From: Candidatus Latescibacterota bacterium
GTDB taxonomy: Bacteria > Latescibacterota > UBA2968 > GCA-2709665
Length of the DNA stretch: 64,000 nucleotides
Direction of reading: 5' to 3'
NCBI GenBank assembly: GCA_965116875.1
Contig: OZ220733.1
Coordinates: forward strand, 2,400,001-2,464,000
How positions within the stretch are numbered: the first letter of the stretch is position 1; each line of letters starts with the position of its first letter. The notes below the pieces were generated by a model. That model had not been told where the DNA came from, ran no database searches, and saw nothing but the letters and a program-made list of their open reading frames with translations. Shown in pieces: positions 30,263-40,934 of the stretch. The position numbers were made by a program, and so were the translations under genes.

Positions 30263-31579
30263 TTATTTTGTGGGCGCGTCTTCCGCCGACCGAATCAACC
30301 TGGCCCTCTCCATCTTGCTTCCGTACGCAAACAGCCTCGACTCCCTGGTGCAGGGTGGTGACACGCTGTCGCCGTAGCTCCACATCACCTGCATATCTCC
30401 GGGCCCTGCCTGATGGTTGAAGACGACCTTGACGTTGTTGTGCGACAGGTCCGAGCCCGCGGTGAGCGGCTCTCCCCTTTGCCAGGGCCCGTGCCCGTCT
30501 GCAGACCGCCAGACGTCGATCTCCCCTCCGTCTTCACGCGGCTGAGACGCCGTGGTCGGCGCGTAGACGGTCACCGATCCATCTTCGATTACCATGCCGC
30601 CGTCGTCGTACATGTGGTCTCCCACCGCGATATCGCTGAACCGCCACCCGTTTCCGCGCAGTTGCCCGCATTTCCAATGGCTCACGTACGTGAAGGGATC
30701 CGCGTCGATAAACAGGATGAGGGGCCGTCCGTCCGGACCCAGCTGGATGTCTTTCAGCCACACGCCCCGTTGTCCGCAGTCGTAGAGCTTTTCCGCGTCC
30801 GCCTCCTTCACCGGGAGGTCGTACGGGGCGCCGTCACTGCGTTGCCAGGTCCGCCCTCCGTCTCCGGAACAGGCGTAGTATACGTTGTAGCGCCTCGCCC
30901 ACAGGTGCTTCGTGCGGATCTCCTCGTCGGATCCGCCTCCGAGCCGTGACCAGGCGAGATGGATACTGCGGGGATAGTCCCCCGTCTCCGCAATGGAAAC
31001 GGCGTAAATGTCGCTTTCTTCAAAGTCGACGATATCGACCGGCTCCTCCCACGTTTCCCCCCGGTTTCTCGAAATCCGCGAACGCCAGCCGCCGGATCTC
31101 TCGCGGTACGACGCGAAAATCTCGCCGGGAAGGAGCTGGAACGGCTGGGGATATGAGGTCGCCGGATCGACGATATCGGCGCACGCGCGCCAGGCCCCGG
31201 TTTCGTAAGGCTTTTCCGAGCGGAGAACCATGGTGGGATCGTTGTGAGCGCCGTAGAACACGTAGAGGTGTCCGGTATCGTCCAGTAGCAGGGTTGGATT
31301 GCGGTGGGCGTCACCGTCCGGGTTCGCACCGAGAATGACGGGACGGGCGAATGTTCGCGCGTCGTGATCGTAACAGCCGATCGCCGGCGCATTCCGCTCG
31401 TTCCCAAAGACAAAGTAGGTCGTGTTCACCTCGGGTGCGTAGACGGCCATCGGTCGATGCCAGGCCGAATACGTGGCCATCGGACCTGAATAGACATGAT
31501 TATTACCGTCGAGTACGTTCACGGTTCCGCAGCAGTACCAGACGCCTCGGTAATCGCTCGCCATCAGGTCCACGTCCAT
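30263..31579 (-). CDS. BNR-4/Asp-box repeat beta-propeller protein (putative glycoside hydrolase/lyase)
   Basis: Asp-boxes SRNRGETW, SGDGGRTW; DAHRNP..HND motif; start taken at MDVDLM. Confidence 0.8.
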   Translation of the reverse strand: MDVDLMASDYRGVWYCCGTVNVLDGNNHVYSGPMATYSAWHRPMAVYAPEVNTTYFVFGNERNAPAIGCYDHDARTFARPVILGANPDGDAHRNPTLLLDDTGHLYVFYGAHNDPTMVLRSEKPYETGAWRACADIVDPATSYPQPFQLLPGEIFASYRERSGGWRSRISRNRGETWEEPVDIVDFEESDIYAVSIAETGDYPRSIHLAWSRLGGGSDEEIRTKHLWARRYNVYYACSGDGGRTWQRSDGAPYDLPVKEADAEKLYDCGQRGVWLKDIQLGPDGRPLILFIDADPFTYVSHWKCGQLRGNGWRFSDIAVGDHMYDDGGMVIEDGSVTVYAPTTASQPREDGGEIDVWRSADGHGPWQRGEPLTAGSDLSHNNVKVVFNHQAGPGDMQVMWSYGDSVSPPCTRESRLFAYGSKMERARLIRSAEDAPTK

Positions 31580-31757
31580 CTGCGAAGCCTTTCGAATGAT
31601 CTGCGAAACATGCGCCGAGTTTATACAGTACCGTTGTAAATCCGCACCGGAATGGTTATATTCCGCGAGGCCCGGCTTCATGTCGTACCTCTGTTTCCAA
31701 ACCGGGATCACTGCCTTTTCCTTTGTGTCTTCGCGTCTCCGTGTGAGCCGAATCCCG

Positions 31758-32021
31758 ATGACCGATACCCAGCTCTTGCAGGAATTCGAAGCCCTCGCCG
31801 AACGCCTGGACATTCCCGTTACGTACGCGAATCTGGGAGGCGGCAACGGCGGGCTGTGCGTCGTGAAGGGCGAGAGACGCTTTATCCTGAACAGGAGCGC
31901 TGAGGCAGGAACACGAAATGAGATCTTCGCGCGGGAATTCGCGCGGCTGTCGCTGGAGGAGGTGTACATCCGGCCCGTCGTTCGAGAACGCATTGACGCC
32001 GTCCCGTCCGACCAGGGATAA
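31758..32021 (+). CDS. Small hypothetical protein (ImmA/IrrE N-terminal-like, lacks HExxH)
   Basis: LAERLDIPV.Y, GGLCVVKGE..FILN, EVYIRPVVRE. Confidence 0.7.
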   Translation: MTDTQLLQEFEALAERLDIPVTYANLGGGNGGLCVVKGERRFILNRSAEAGTRNEIFAREFARLSLEEVYIRPVVRERIDAVPSDQG

Positions 32022-32047
32022 TCGCCCTGCAACACCGCGACTTCAGT

Positions 32048-33019
32048 TTATATGTACCGTATATTCTTCCCGAGCATGGCAAGCGCTTCGCCCGAGGCGA
32101 CCATCGGGCGTAACGACCGTGCCCAGAAAATGGAATCCTGGGGGGCGTAAACCGTCTCGAGTACACTGCCGAAGGGATCGGTCACGTCCGCAACGGGGTC
32201 GCCCTTTTGCAGATGGTCGTACAGTGCGGCCCTGTACTCCAGAAAACCGCCCCGGGCGGCGAGGAGCGAAAGGAAGCCGTCCACGACAATCTGGCGAAGG
32301 GGCGTCTGGACCCGGCCCTCGATAAACCCGTAGTGCTTCAGAATATTCTCCACCCCCGCCACGCCCTTCTCTATGCTGCCTTCATCCCATCCGACACAGC
32401 CCCCCAGTTCCGGATCGATCGTCGGAATTCCTTCATCGGGGGCCGCCCGCGCCAGCTGTCCGTCCGGACCCCGGCAGTCCAAGATGTACCCAATACCAAA
32501 AACGCGGGCCATTTCCAAACACGCCCGATGGATGCGTTTCCGCCGGTCCACCCTCACCCGGACTTCGTCGATCATGGGCCGGACACCGCCCTGGTGCAGA
32601 TCGATACAGTAGTCCGCCTGTTTCACCGCACGATGGAAGAGTCGATACGCCACCCGCTCGCTCGACGTGCCCTCCTTGCGACCGGGAAAGCACCGGTTCA
32701 TCTTCTTCCCGTCCACGGGATTCATGGACTCGCCGGCGTGAAACGCGTGGAGGTTCACGATCGGGGCTGCGATCAACCTGCCCTTCAGTACCGCCGGATC
32801 CAGCCGCTTCAGCACCCGCCGGATCACCGCGATACCGTTCAGTTCGTCGCCGTCGCTCGCCGCCTGCATATACAGTGTGGGTCCCGGCTCGGCGCCGTTC
32901 AGCAGCACGATTGGGAGGCGCACTGGGGAGTTATCCTGCATCTCACCTACCGTCAGATAGCCGTCCCGCCGCTGCCCCGGCTCGGCTTCGAGATGCTCCA
33001 CCTTGAGAATTTCGCCCAT
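32048..33019 (-). CDS. Succinylglutamate desuccinylase/aspartoacylase (M14) family protein
   Basis: DGDELNG, NRCFPG, IDLH, C-terminal biotinyl-like domain. Confidence 0.9.
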   Translation of the reverse strand: MGEILKVEHLEAEPGQRRDGYLTVGEMQDNSPVRLPIVLLNGAEPGPTLYMQAASDGDELNGIAVIRRVLKRLDPAVLKGRLIAAPIVNLHAFHAGESMNPVDGKKMNRCFPGRKEGTSSERVAYRLFHRAVKQADYCIDLHQGGVRPMIDEVRVRVDRRKRIHRACLEMARVFGIGYILDCRGPDGQLARAAPDEGIPTIDPELGGCVGWDEGSIEKGVAGVENILKHYGFIEGRVQTPLRQIVVDGFLSLLAARGGFLEYRAALYDHLQKGDPVADVTDPFGSVLETVYAPQDSIFWARSLRPMVASGEALAMLGKNIRYI

Positions 33020-33310
33020 TCAGACCTCAGCTTCGATCACCGTTTGTCCTGATTCAACATTAAACATGCACGGTACCATCTGCATTTGTCAACAGAAAAG
33101 GGCCAAATCCGGACGTTTTCAACACGGTTACCGAGACCTTCCCCTTAACGCCCTTCCTGAAGGAAGAAGGAAAAAGAAGCCATTGCCCGGTAAGTTTTTC
33201 CTCCTTTCCTTCGGCACGAGAAGAAACCTCACAAGGCAGGCAATCTCTCCCCTCTCCCGTCTCACCGATTTTTTGTTTTTATATTATCTTTGGACTATAT
33301 ATTATTTAAT

Positions 33311-33571
33311 ATGTGGACCATCGTCGAACATCGCAGTGTCGGCAGGCAGATCGAATCCATACCTGGCGCTACTCTCAAGCGTTACGAGACGTGGAAAGAC
33401 GTCGCAACCCTTTCCGGCCCGGAAGGCGTCTGTTCCATCGAGGGCTTTCGTGACGAGCCGCGTCCCGGGAAGAAGAAAGGACGGCGACAGTCCTGGCTGG
33501 ACGCCGGGTGGCGCGTTGTCTACAGGGTCAGAAAACGGGAAATCCGCGTGAGAGCCATACGCGGACAATGA
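33311..33571 (+). pseudogene. RelE/HigB-like mRNA interferase, apparently degenerate
   Basis: MWTIVEH, KRYETWKD, SGPEG, WRVVYRV match the family, but the conserved motifs look altered (FRDE, RQSWL) and the C-terminus appears frameshifted. Confidence 0.65.
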
Positions 33572-33588
33572 TCACGGGAGATGACGAG

Positions 33589-33849
33589 ATGGGAAAGAAT
33601 CGCAAGGCGCCGAAGCGCGCGGCTGTCACCGTTGGAGAGTCGGTCCGCACAATCCGCGAACTTCAGAAACTCAGCCAGAACGAGCTCGCCAGGCGCACCG
33701 GCATCCCTCAGCCGACAATCTCCGCCATCGAAAACGGGCGCATCCGGCTTGGCGTTGAGCGCGCAAAGATGCTGGCGCGGGCGTTAACGTGTCATCCGGC
33801 CGTCCTGGTGTTCCCGGGTTGGGAGATCGAACGGGCTTCCGGCGCCTGA
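33589..33849 (+). CDS. XRE-family HTH antitoxin
   Basis: VGESVRTIRELQKLSQNELA..TGIPQPTISAIEN..LGVERAK..HPAVLVFPGW. Confidence 0.9.
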   Translation: MGKNRKAPKRAAVTVGESVRTIRELQKLSQNELARRTGIPQPTISAIENGRIRLGVERAKMLARALTCHPAVLVFPGWEIERASGA

Positions 33850-33930
33850 TTCGGCTTCTCTGCCAAGAATCTGAAAAGCGTCGCAAGAGCGACCGTGCCC
33901 TTTTCCTTACCTTTCCGATGGAGGTCTGCC

Positions 33931-35703
33931 ATGAAGCGGATCGCAATCAAGGTCTTTGCCATTATCGGCGGCGTGGCCACGCTGTTCTTCCTCGTACTCG
34001 CCGCGGTTGCTATCGCACTGATCTACAAGGATGAAGAACAGGTTCCGCCGCTGACGGTGCTCGAAGTGAACCTGGAACGGAATATTCCCGAGCACGTGCC
34101 GCACGATCCGATTGCCGAAATCCTGTTTCCCGATGCGGTGACGGTACGGGATCTGGTCGAAGGCCTTCAACGGGCCGCTTCCGACGAGCGCGTCGTCGCG
34201 CTCCTGGCAAGGGTAGGGAACAGCGGCATGGGTCTCGCGCGGCTGCAGGAGGTGCGAGACGCCGTTCACGCCTTCGGCGAAAGCGGAAAGCCGGCGGTCG
34301 CTTACGCCGAGACGTTCGGCGAGTTCGGCCCGGGCAACGGCGCCTATTATCTTGCGACCGCTTTCGACGAGATCTATCTCCAGCCTTCCGGCGTGGTTGG
34401 GCTGACCGGCCTGATCGCCGAGACCCCCTTCATTCGCGGAATGCTGGAAAAACTCGGCGTGGTCCCGCGCCTGGATCATCGCAAGGAGTACAAGAACGCA
34501 AGGAATACCTTCACGGAACGCCAGTACACCCCCGCCCATAAAGAAGCGACGCAGGGAGTGATGGATTCGCAATTCGATCAACTCGTGCGTGGAATCGCGG
34601 ACAGGCGCGGGCTGTCCGCGGAGGCTGTCCGCAACCTGTTCGACCAGGGACCGTTTCTGTCGAAAGACGCGCTGGAGGCCGGGCTGGTGGACGGGCTGGC
34701 ATATCGGGACGAGGTGTACGAGCGCGTGAAGGATCAGGTCGACGCCGGGGCGAAATACCTGTCGCTTCGAAAATACATCAGAAGGCTGGAGGAGTCTCAG
34801 GAACAGGCGGGGACCGTTGCGCTGATCTACGGTGTTGGCGGCGTGACGCGCGGCAAGAGCGATTTCGATCCCGGGTCCGGCTCCACCACGATGGGATCGG
34901 ATACAGTCACCAGGGCCTTCCGGAATGCGGTCAACGACGACGAAGTCGAAGCGATCCTCTTTCGCGTCGACAGTCCGGGCGGGTCTTACGTCGCCTCGGA
35001 CGCGATATGGCGCGAGACCGTGCGTGCCCGGGAAGCGGGAAAACCGGTGGTCGTGTCCATGGGCGACGTAGCAGGCTCCGGCGGGTACTTCGTGGCCATG
35101 GCCGCGGACCGGATCGTGGCGCAGCCGGGCACGATTACCGGTTCGATCGGCGTGGTGGGGGGCAAAATGCTCACGTCCGGGCTGTGGGAGAAAACCGGGA
35201 TATCATGGGACGAAGTCCACACCAGCGCCCACTCCACCATGTGGACAGGCACCAAAGACTACTCGGAGGAAGAATGGACGCTGTTCCAGGAATGGCTGGA
35301 CACGGTGTACGAGGATTTCACCGACAAGGTGGCCGAGGGGCGTTCGCTGCCGAAGGAGCGTGTGCTCGATATTGCCAGGGGGCGGATCTGGACCGGGGAA
35401 GACGCCAGAAAGCTGGGGCTGCTGGATGAACTGGGCGGCTATAATACGGCGTTGAAACACGTTCGCGAAACCGCACATTTGTCGCCTGATGCCGAACTCC
35501 GGCTCAAGGTTTTTCCCAGGGCGAAATCCCCCTGGGAGTATCTCCTGGAACACGGCATTGTCCGCACCAGCGAATCCGCCGCCGCTTCCGCATTCGTACA
35601 GACCCTTCAAGAACTGCAACCGGTGGTCGCGTTCGCGAGACGCCTGGGTCTCATCCCCGCGCCCGGGGTGTTGACGATGCCGGAACTCGCGCCTTTCAGG
35701 TAG
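33931..35703 (+). CDS. sppA: Signal peptide peptidase SppA (67-kDa type)
   Basis: N-terminal TM, YYLATAFDEIY, RVDSPGGS, GSGGY, TITGSIGV, GRIWTG. Confidence 0.95.
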   Translation: MKRIAIKVFAIIGGVATLFFLVLAAVAIALIYKDEEQVPPLTVLEVNLERNIPEHVPHDPIAEILFPDAVTVRDLVEGLQRAASDERVVALLARVGNSGMGLARLQEVRDAVHAFGESGKPAVAYAETFGEFGPGNGAYYLATAFDEIYLQPSGVVGLTGLIAETPFIRGMLEKLGVVPRLDHRKEYKNARNTFTERQYTPAHKEATQGVMDSQFDQLVRGIADRRGLSAEAVRNLFDQGPFLSKDALEAGLVDGLAYRDEVYERVKDQVDAGAKYLSLRKYIRRLEESQEQAGTVALIYGVGGVTRGKSDFDPGSGSTTMGSDTVTRAFRNAVNDDEVEAILFRVDSPGGSYVASDAIWRETVRAREAGKPVVVSMGDVAGSGGYFVAMAADRIVAQPGTITGSIGVVGGKMLTSGLWEKTGISWDEVHTSAHSTMWTGTKDYSEEEWTLFQEWLDTVYEDFTDKVAEGRSLPKERVLDIARGRIWTGEDARKLGLLDELGGYNTALKHVRETAHLSPDAELRLKVFPRAKSPWEYLLEHGIVRTSESAAASAFVQTLQELQPVVAFARRLGLIPAPGVLTMPELAPFR

Positions 35704-35737
35704 GGCCGATTTCGGGAACGAGAAATAGTCGCGGGGT

Positions 35738-35801
35738 CAACGGTCCGTTGAAAAAGTCCTTCTGCAGGCGAGGCCGGATGGACTTTTTCAAAGGGCTGTT
35801 A
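35738..35801 (-). mobile_element. Internally deleted MITE (short copy)
   Basis: Reverse complement taacagccctttgaaaaagtccatccgg-cctcgcctgcagaaggactttttcaacggaccgttg matches both ends of the element at 37189-37354. Confidence 0.8.
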
Positions 35802-36225
35802 AGGTGAAATTGGACCATGACCGCACAAGGTGCTGGAACATTGGATTCGAAGGGGCAACCCCTGGAGTTGCCCGCCGGAGGATTGAAGAACATCCACAAA
35901 TTGGTTGATTGAACCTTGACGATTAATGCCAATTCGGCTACAATACAAGAGTCCCGGTGTCGGACAGGCAAGGAAGGTTCGTTTAGAAAAAAACGATCGG
36001 CGTCAGTTGACGGGCTTTTGCCGATTTCCCAAGGCCCTGAGTAATTTATGCGGAAGCCTACTTTCGCTCAACGTGTCGCATTTTATGGCGTAGAACCTGG
36101 CTTGTAACATAGCTGGACTGCATTGTTTCCGACGTACGCGGCAAAACCTACCTGCTCTCACTCGAAACATCCGCACGGGGACTCGCCCACCTCCGATATA
36201 CCCCGATTGCAATTGAGGACAACAG

Positions 36226-37191
36226 ATGCAAGACCTGAAAAGGTATCTGCCAAAGGCCGTGCGTACCGAAGCAGATCTTGACCGGCTCATTCCCACGTTG
36301 GCCAAGTCAAGCTCTATAAACGCTATCGAGATGGCAGCAAGGAGAATCCCCACAAAGCACGTTCTCCATCTGGGGAATTCGACCCAGCTTGAATTCGCGG
36401 ATCGAGATGCCGTTCATCTGGCTGTGACGTCTCCGCCTTATTGGACCCTGAAGAGGTATCGTGACGGGAAGGGACAACTGGGTCACGTTGAGGACTACGA
36501 TCAATTCCTCGAACTGCTCGACTCCGTGTGGCGAAAAGTGCTTGAAGCGCTTGTCCCGGGCGGGCGACTGATTTGCGTTGTCGGAGACGTGTGTTTATCC
36601 CGTCGCAAGAACAGGGGTGAGCATACGTGTGTTCCTCTCCATTCGTCGATTCAGGAACGCTGCCGCCGCATGGGATACTCAAACCTTGCTCCGATCATTT
36701 GGCACAAAATCGCAAACGCTACCTATGAAGTAGACGGAAACTCCCGGTTCCTCGGCAAGCCGTATGAACCGAACGGCGTAATCAAGAACGATATTGAGTA
36801 CATTCTTATGCTCAGGAAACCCGGAGGTTACAGGAGACCTGGCAAAGCGGCTCGTCTGCTGAGCACAATTTCCGATGCCAACCACAAGCGATGGTTTCAG
36901 CAGATATGGCACGACGTGACAGGTGAGTCTACCAGGCAGCATCCGGCGCCGTATCCGCTTGAGTTGGCGACGAGACTGGTAAGGATGTTCAGCTTCGCGG
37001 GCGATACGGTTCTTGATCCATTTATGGGAACGGGCACAACGAATCTGGCTGCGGCCAATTGGGGCAGAAACAGTATCGGAATCGAACTGGACCCGCATTA
37101 TTGCGCCATGGCCGAACGCAGACTGAGAAACGCGGCTCAGGATATGTTTTCCGATATTGACGTGTCCGTCCGGAAACCCGTGTTGGCTTAG
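36226..37191 (+). CDS. DNA amino-methyltransferase (N4-C/N6-A, beta class) of a type II R-M system
   Basis: TSPPY catalytic motif precedes HPAPYP and DPFMGTGTT SAM-binding motif. Confidence 0.95.
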   Translation: MQDLKRYLPKAVRTEADLDRLIPTLAKSSSINAIEMAARRIPTKHVLHLGNSTQLEFADRDAVHLAVTSPPYWTLKRYRDGKGQLGHVEDYDQFLELLDSVWRKVLEALVPGGRLICVVGDVCLSRRKNRGEHTCVPLHSSIQERCRRMGYSNLAPIIWHKIANATYEVDGNSRFLGKPYEPNGVIKNDIEYILMLRKPGGYRRPGKAARLLSTISDANHKRWFQQIWHDVTGESTRQHPAPYPLELATRLVRMFSFAGDTVLDPFMGTGTTNLAAANWGRNSIGIELDPHYCAMAERRLRNAAQDMFSDIDVSVRKPVLA

Positions 37192-37354
37192 CAGCCCGTT
37201 GAAAAAGTCCATCCGGGCTGCGGCCGGCCCTTGCGGTCGAAAACCTGCGTTGCGCTCCCTCGCCGAATCGCAGGATGGGACTCGGTCGCGCGCCTTGTCT
37301 TCGACCACAATGGCTCGGACTCGCCTGCAGAGCGACTTTATCAACGGACTGTTG
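37189..37354 (+). mobile_element. MITE (about 165 bp) with terminal inverted repeats
   Basis: cagcccgttgaaaaagtc ... gactttatcaacggactg; begins at the MTase TAG stop codon. Confidence 0.8.
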
Positions 37355-37371
37355 GTCCGCGGGGAAGAATC

Positions 37372-38184
37372 ATGTGTTCAGACTACAGTTCGCAGGCAGA
37401 CTATCTGAATGCCGTACAGGGCGACGCTGAGAAACGAAAACTGGATGTCGAGCAAGCCCTTTCCGAGGCGTTTTCCGATTTCATTGAAATACGCGAGACA
37501 AGCGTAATCCTCTTCTCATCAATGACCGCTTTAAACCTGGCTGAGGGTATTCTGCGATATCCGCTCGTACTCAAACCGTTGATAGCTGTCTGCAATATCG
37601 CGGCCAGGGCGATCGAAAGAGATCTCGGCATCAGAAATCTGAACACCTACGAGCCGCGACTGACGCGTGAATCCGCCAACGTAATCGCAGGTTACATAAA
37701 GCCGTTTCTGCCCCAATATCTGGAGATTCCATCACTGGGCACGGTTGATCGCGTCGCGTACGTAGACAAAGAAATCAGGAAGAATAAGGGAAACTGGGAA
37801 CGGAGAATATCGGACGAGCTCAAAAAGCGCGCAAAAAAGGCCTTCAGCAAACGCAAATTCACGGTCGGTGGAGAAACGTTCGAGCTTGACGTTGCCTTGC
37901 CCGGAACGGGCGACGTTGAGGTAGGAATTGACGTCAAGCGTATTGAGGCCCGTCGCGACATCCACAAGCGATGCGACGAAATAGTAAATAAAGCAAGAAA
38001 TCTCAAATCTGTTTTTCCAGATTCCAGTTTTGCTGCCGTCATTTACTATCCCTTCATAGATGAACACATAAACATCCAGCATCGACTGCATTCAGACGAA
38101 GTCGACTGTGTCGTGTTCGCATCCGATGGCGAGGATTCGATCCGAAACGCCATCTTGAACCTGATCCGGACGCTGAAGGTCTGA
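37372..38184 (+). CDS. Putative type II restriction endonuclease (PD-(D/E)xK)
   Basis: Downstream of the MTase; KGNWE helix, ELD...IDVK catalytic pattern; lower GC. Confidence 0.75.
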   Translation: MCSDYSSQADYLNAVQGDAEKRKLDVEQALSEAFSDFIEIRETSVILFSSMTALNLAEGILRYPLVLKPLIAVCNIAARAIERDLGIRNLNTYEPRLTRESANVIAGYIKPFLPQYLEIPSLGTVDRVAYVDKEIRKNKGNWERRISDELKKRAKKAFSKRKFTVGGETFELDVALPGTGDVEVGIDVKRIEARRDIHKRCDEIVNKARNLKSVFPDSSFAAVIYYPFIDEHINIQHRLHSDEVDCVVFASDGEDSIRNAILNLIRTLKV

Positions 38185-38606
38185 GGGCAGTTCGTGAAAC
38201 CCCCGTCTCGCATTGGGACGGGCAATTTTGAATCGTTGGGATGTGGTAGAGTGAGGAAACCATCGGGAGCGAATTCGGCTGTCGTAGGGCAAATTGGATG
38301 AGTAGGAAAGCGAACGCGCGAGCTCGCATCGGCAGCGCGCAGGACTGGCTGCCGGGTTTTTTTTATTCGGCCAGCGGCAATTGGGCCCGAATCATCGCCT
38401 GCTGATACTATCGTACCGCATGTCGGTTCGCCATCCGTGACTACAGAGGCTGAATATCGACGTCGTTGATATCGCCCCGTTACGGGCCGTTGTTGTTGGC
38501 CAACCGCTGGTTTTTCTTTGTGTCTTGGTGTCTTAGTGTGATGATTGGGTACGTGTACGACGAGGTTTTTGTCCTGGTTGATACATCGAGAAGAACGAGG
38601 ATTCCC

Positions 38607-39347
38607 ATGTCGCCCTGGAAGACCTATGACGACATCGCCGAGCAATACCGCGACTCGAAGCTGCTCCCGTTCCGTCACGCCGTAGAGCGTTATACGATTT
38701 TCCAGCTATTGGGCGGCCTGCGAGGGAAGACGGTACTGGACCTGGCGTGCGGGGAAGGGATCTATGCGCGTCAGTTCAAGCGCGCCGGCGCGTCAGCGGT
38801 GACGGGGGTCGACGTCTCGCCGGAGATGATCGCGCTGGCCGAGGCCGAGGAAGGTGCGAACCCAATCGGCTGTCGGTACGTGTGTCAGGACGCCGCCGTG
38901 TACGAACCGCCGGCGCCGGTGGATATTGTTACGGCCATCTATCTGCTCAACTACGCCCGGACGGCTAACGAACTGTCGTCCATCTGCCGCGCCTGTTTCC
39001 GCGCCCTGCATCCGGGCGGCCGTCTCGTGGGGTTCAACGACAACGTTCGCAACCCCCCTCTGCCCGATCGGTCGCTGGCGAAATACGGTTTGGAACGGAC
39101 CTGCCGTCATCCCTTGCACGAAGGCGACGTCATCCGCTATCGGATCACCAACTCCGACGGCCAGGTGTTCGAGTTCGACAATTTCTACTTGGCGCCCGCT
39201 ACCTATGAGCGGACGATGCGAGACAGCGGATTCGCCGACTTTCGCTGGGTCGACGCCTCCCTCGACCCGTCCGAGCCCGACGCTACATTTTGGGAGGAAT
39301 TCCTGGCGCAGAAACCGCTCGCCGCCTTCACCGCGACCAAACCATAG
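38607..39347 (+). CDS. Class I SAM-dependent methyltransferase
   Basis: YDDIAEQY, VLDLACGEG, GVDVSPEMI, YLLNYA. Confidence 0.9.
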   Translation: MSPWKTYDDIAEQYRDSKLLPFRHAVERYTIFQLLGGLRGKTVLDLACGEGIYARQFKRAGASAVTGVDVSPEMIALAEAEEGANPIGCRYVCQDAAVYEPPAPVDIVTAIYLLNYARTANELSSICRACFRALHPGGRLVGFNDNVRNPPLPDRSLAKYGLERTCRHPLHEGDVIRYRITNSDGQVFEFDNFYLAPATYERTMRDSGFADFRWVDASLDPSEPDATFWEEFLAQKPLAAFTATKP

Positions 39348-39547
39348 CAGCGAACGCTTGGACTGACATAAGCTACCCTGCTTGATGGAGTTCCAGGAAG
39401 AACCGCAAACAACGTTGAGGGAAAAGGCCCTGCGATGGATTCTGCAAGACAAATCGCATTGAACGCGGGGTCTCTCGAAAGCTAGGTTTACGTCCAACGA
39501 GACTGTACGTACGGCTAGTGATCAATTTCGTCCCGGACCTCAGAAAC

Positions 39548-40934
39548 GAGTTATATTCAAAAGTTGTGGATGAGATAAAAAAAGAGCGTATCCTTACGTG
39601 TCACCAAAAACTCGCGAGGCCCCTCGGACGAGGGAGAAAGGATACGCTCGATGAGACAATATACAGCCTCCGAAGTAGAGACGATAGTCAAAGATGAAGT
39701 GACGTTGAGCCTGGAAGCCCTGATCTGTGTTGGGGCCAGGCGGATGTTGCAAGCCGCGTTAGAGTTCGAAGTGGACGCCTACGTCGAGACCTTGCAAGAC
39801 GAGAGAGACGAACAGGGTCACCGGCAAGTGGTCAGGAATGGCGCTCACAAGCCGCGGGACCTGATCACGGGTGTGGGCCCCATACCGATCCGCCAGCCGC
39901 GTGTGCACGACCGCTGTGAGGGCAAAGCGTTTCGTTCTGCCATCTTGCCGCGATATATGCGTCGTGCGCCTTCGATCGATGCGTTGATTCCGGCGCTGTA
40001 TCTCAAGGGCGTGTCCAGCTCGCCGTTTCTTGAGGCCCTTGCCGCCATTCTGGGCGAGCAGGCCCCTGGATTGTCACCAGCCAACGTGGTTCGTCTCAAA
40101 CAGATTTGGGAACAGGAATATCAGGCGTGGCGTCATCGGGATCTTTCGGATAAACACTACGTGTATGTGTGGACTGATGGCATCTATTTCCAGGTGCGGC
40201 TGGAACCGGACCGTCCCTGTGTCTTAGTCCTCATCGGCGCCACCAGGGACGGCCGCAAGGAACTTTTGGCCATAGAAGACGGGCATCGAGAAAGCAAGCT
40301 GTCCTGGCAGGGCGTGCTGACGGACCTGAAAAGGCGAGGGTTGAAGGAAGCGCCCGCCCTGGCGATTGGCGATGGGGGTCTTGGGTTCTGGGCGGCACTG
40401 GAGGAAGTCTTCCCTCAAACACATCATCAGCGCTGCTGGGTGCATAAAAGTGCCAACGTGCTGGATAACTTCCCCAAGACGATCCAGGCGCAGGCCAAAG
40501 CGCGCCTCCACCAGATGTATCTGTCGCCCACCCGACAGGATGCCCTGAACGCTTACGAGGACTTCCTGTCCCTTTATGAAGCCAAATACCCAAAACGTGT
40601 GCGTGCCTGGAAAAAGACAAGGACGTGCTGTTCACGTTCTACGACTTCCCGGCTGCCCACTGGCGACACCTCCGGTCCACCAATCCCATCGAATCCACTT
40701 TCAGCACCGTTCGCCACCGCACACGACAGACCAAAGGATGCGGCTCCCGAAACGCCACGATGATGATGGTCTACAAACTGGCAGAACAAGCCCAAAAACA
40801 CTGGCGAAAACTACACGGTCACAAACTCGTTGAACTCGTCGTCCAGGCGTCGAATTCCAGGACGGAGACGTTAAAGCCGCTGCTTAATCCATCAGTATGC
40901 GCTCGCCATCATCCACAACATTTGACAATATCTC
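39548..40934 (+). mobile_element. IS256-family insertion sequence
   Basis: Imperfect terminal IRs gagttatattcaaaagttgtggatg / catccacaacatttgacaatatctc enclosing a mutator-type transposase; no target duplication seen. Confidence 0.9.
39651..40887 (+). pseudogene. IS256 transposase, frameshifted (about 40595 and 40845)
   Basis: RNG, LYLKGVS, DGIY, GDG, QRCWVH, then STNPIES in another frame; restoring single bases gives KYPKACACLEKD and VQGVEFQDG. Confidence 0.88.

Noticed and set aside
31580-32035. N-terminal extension of the 590-aa BNR ORF (likewise the extensions of the pyrB, APH and nuclease ORFs)
   Set aside because: The extensions overlap other genes, repeats or regulatory DNA; downstream starts fit the families better
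40585-40625. Programmed frameshift in the IS256 transposase
   Set aside because: IS256 transposases are single ORFs; two independent single-base losses indicate decay or sequencing error
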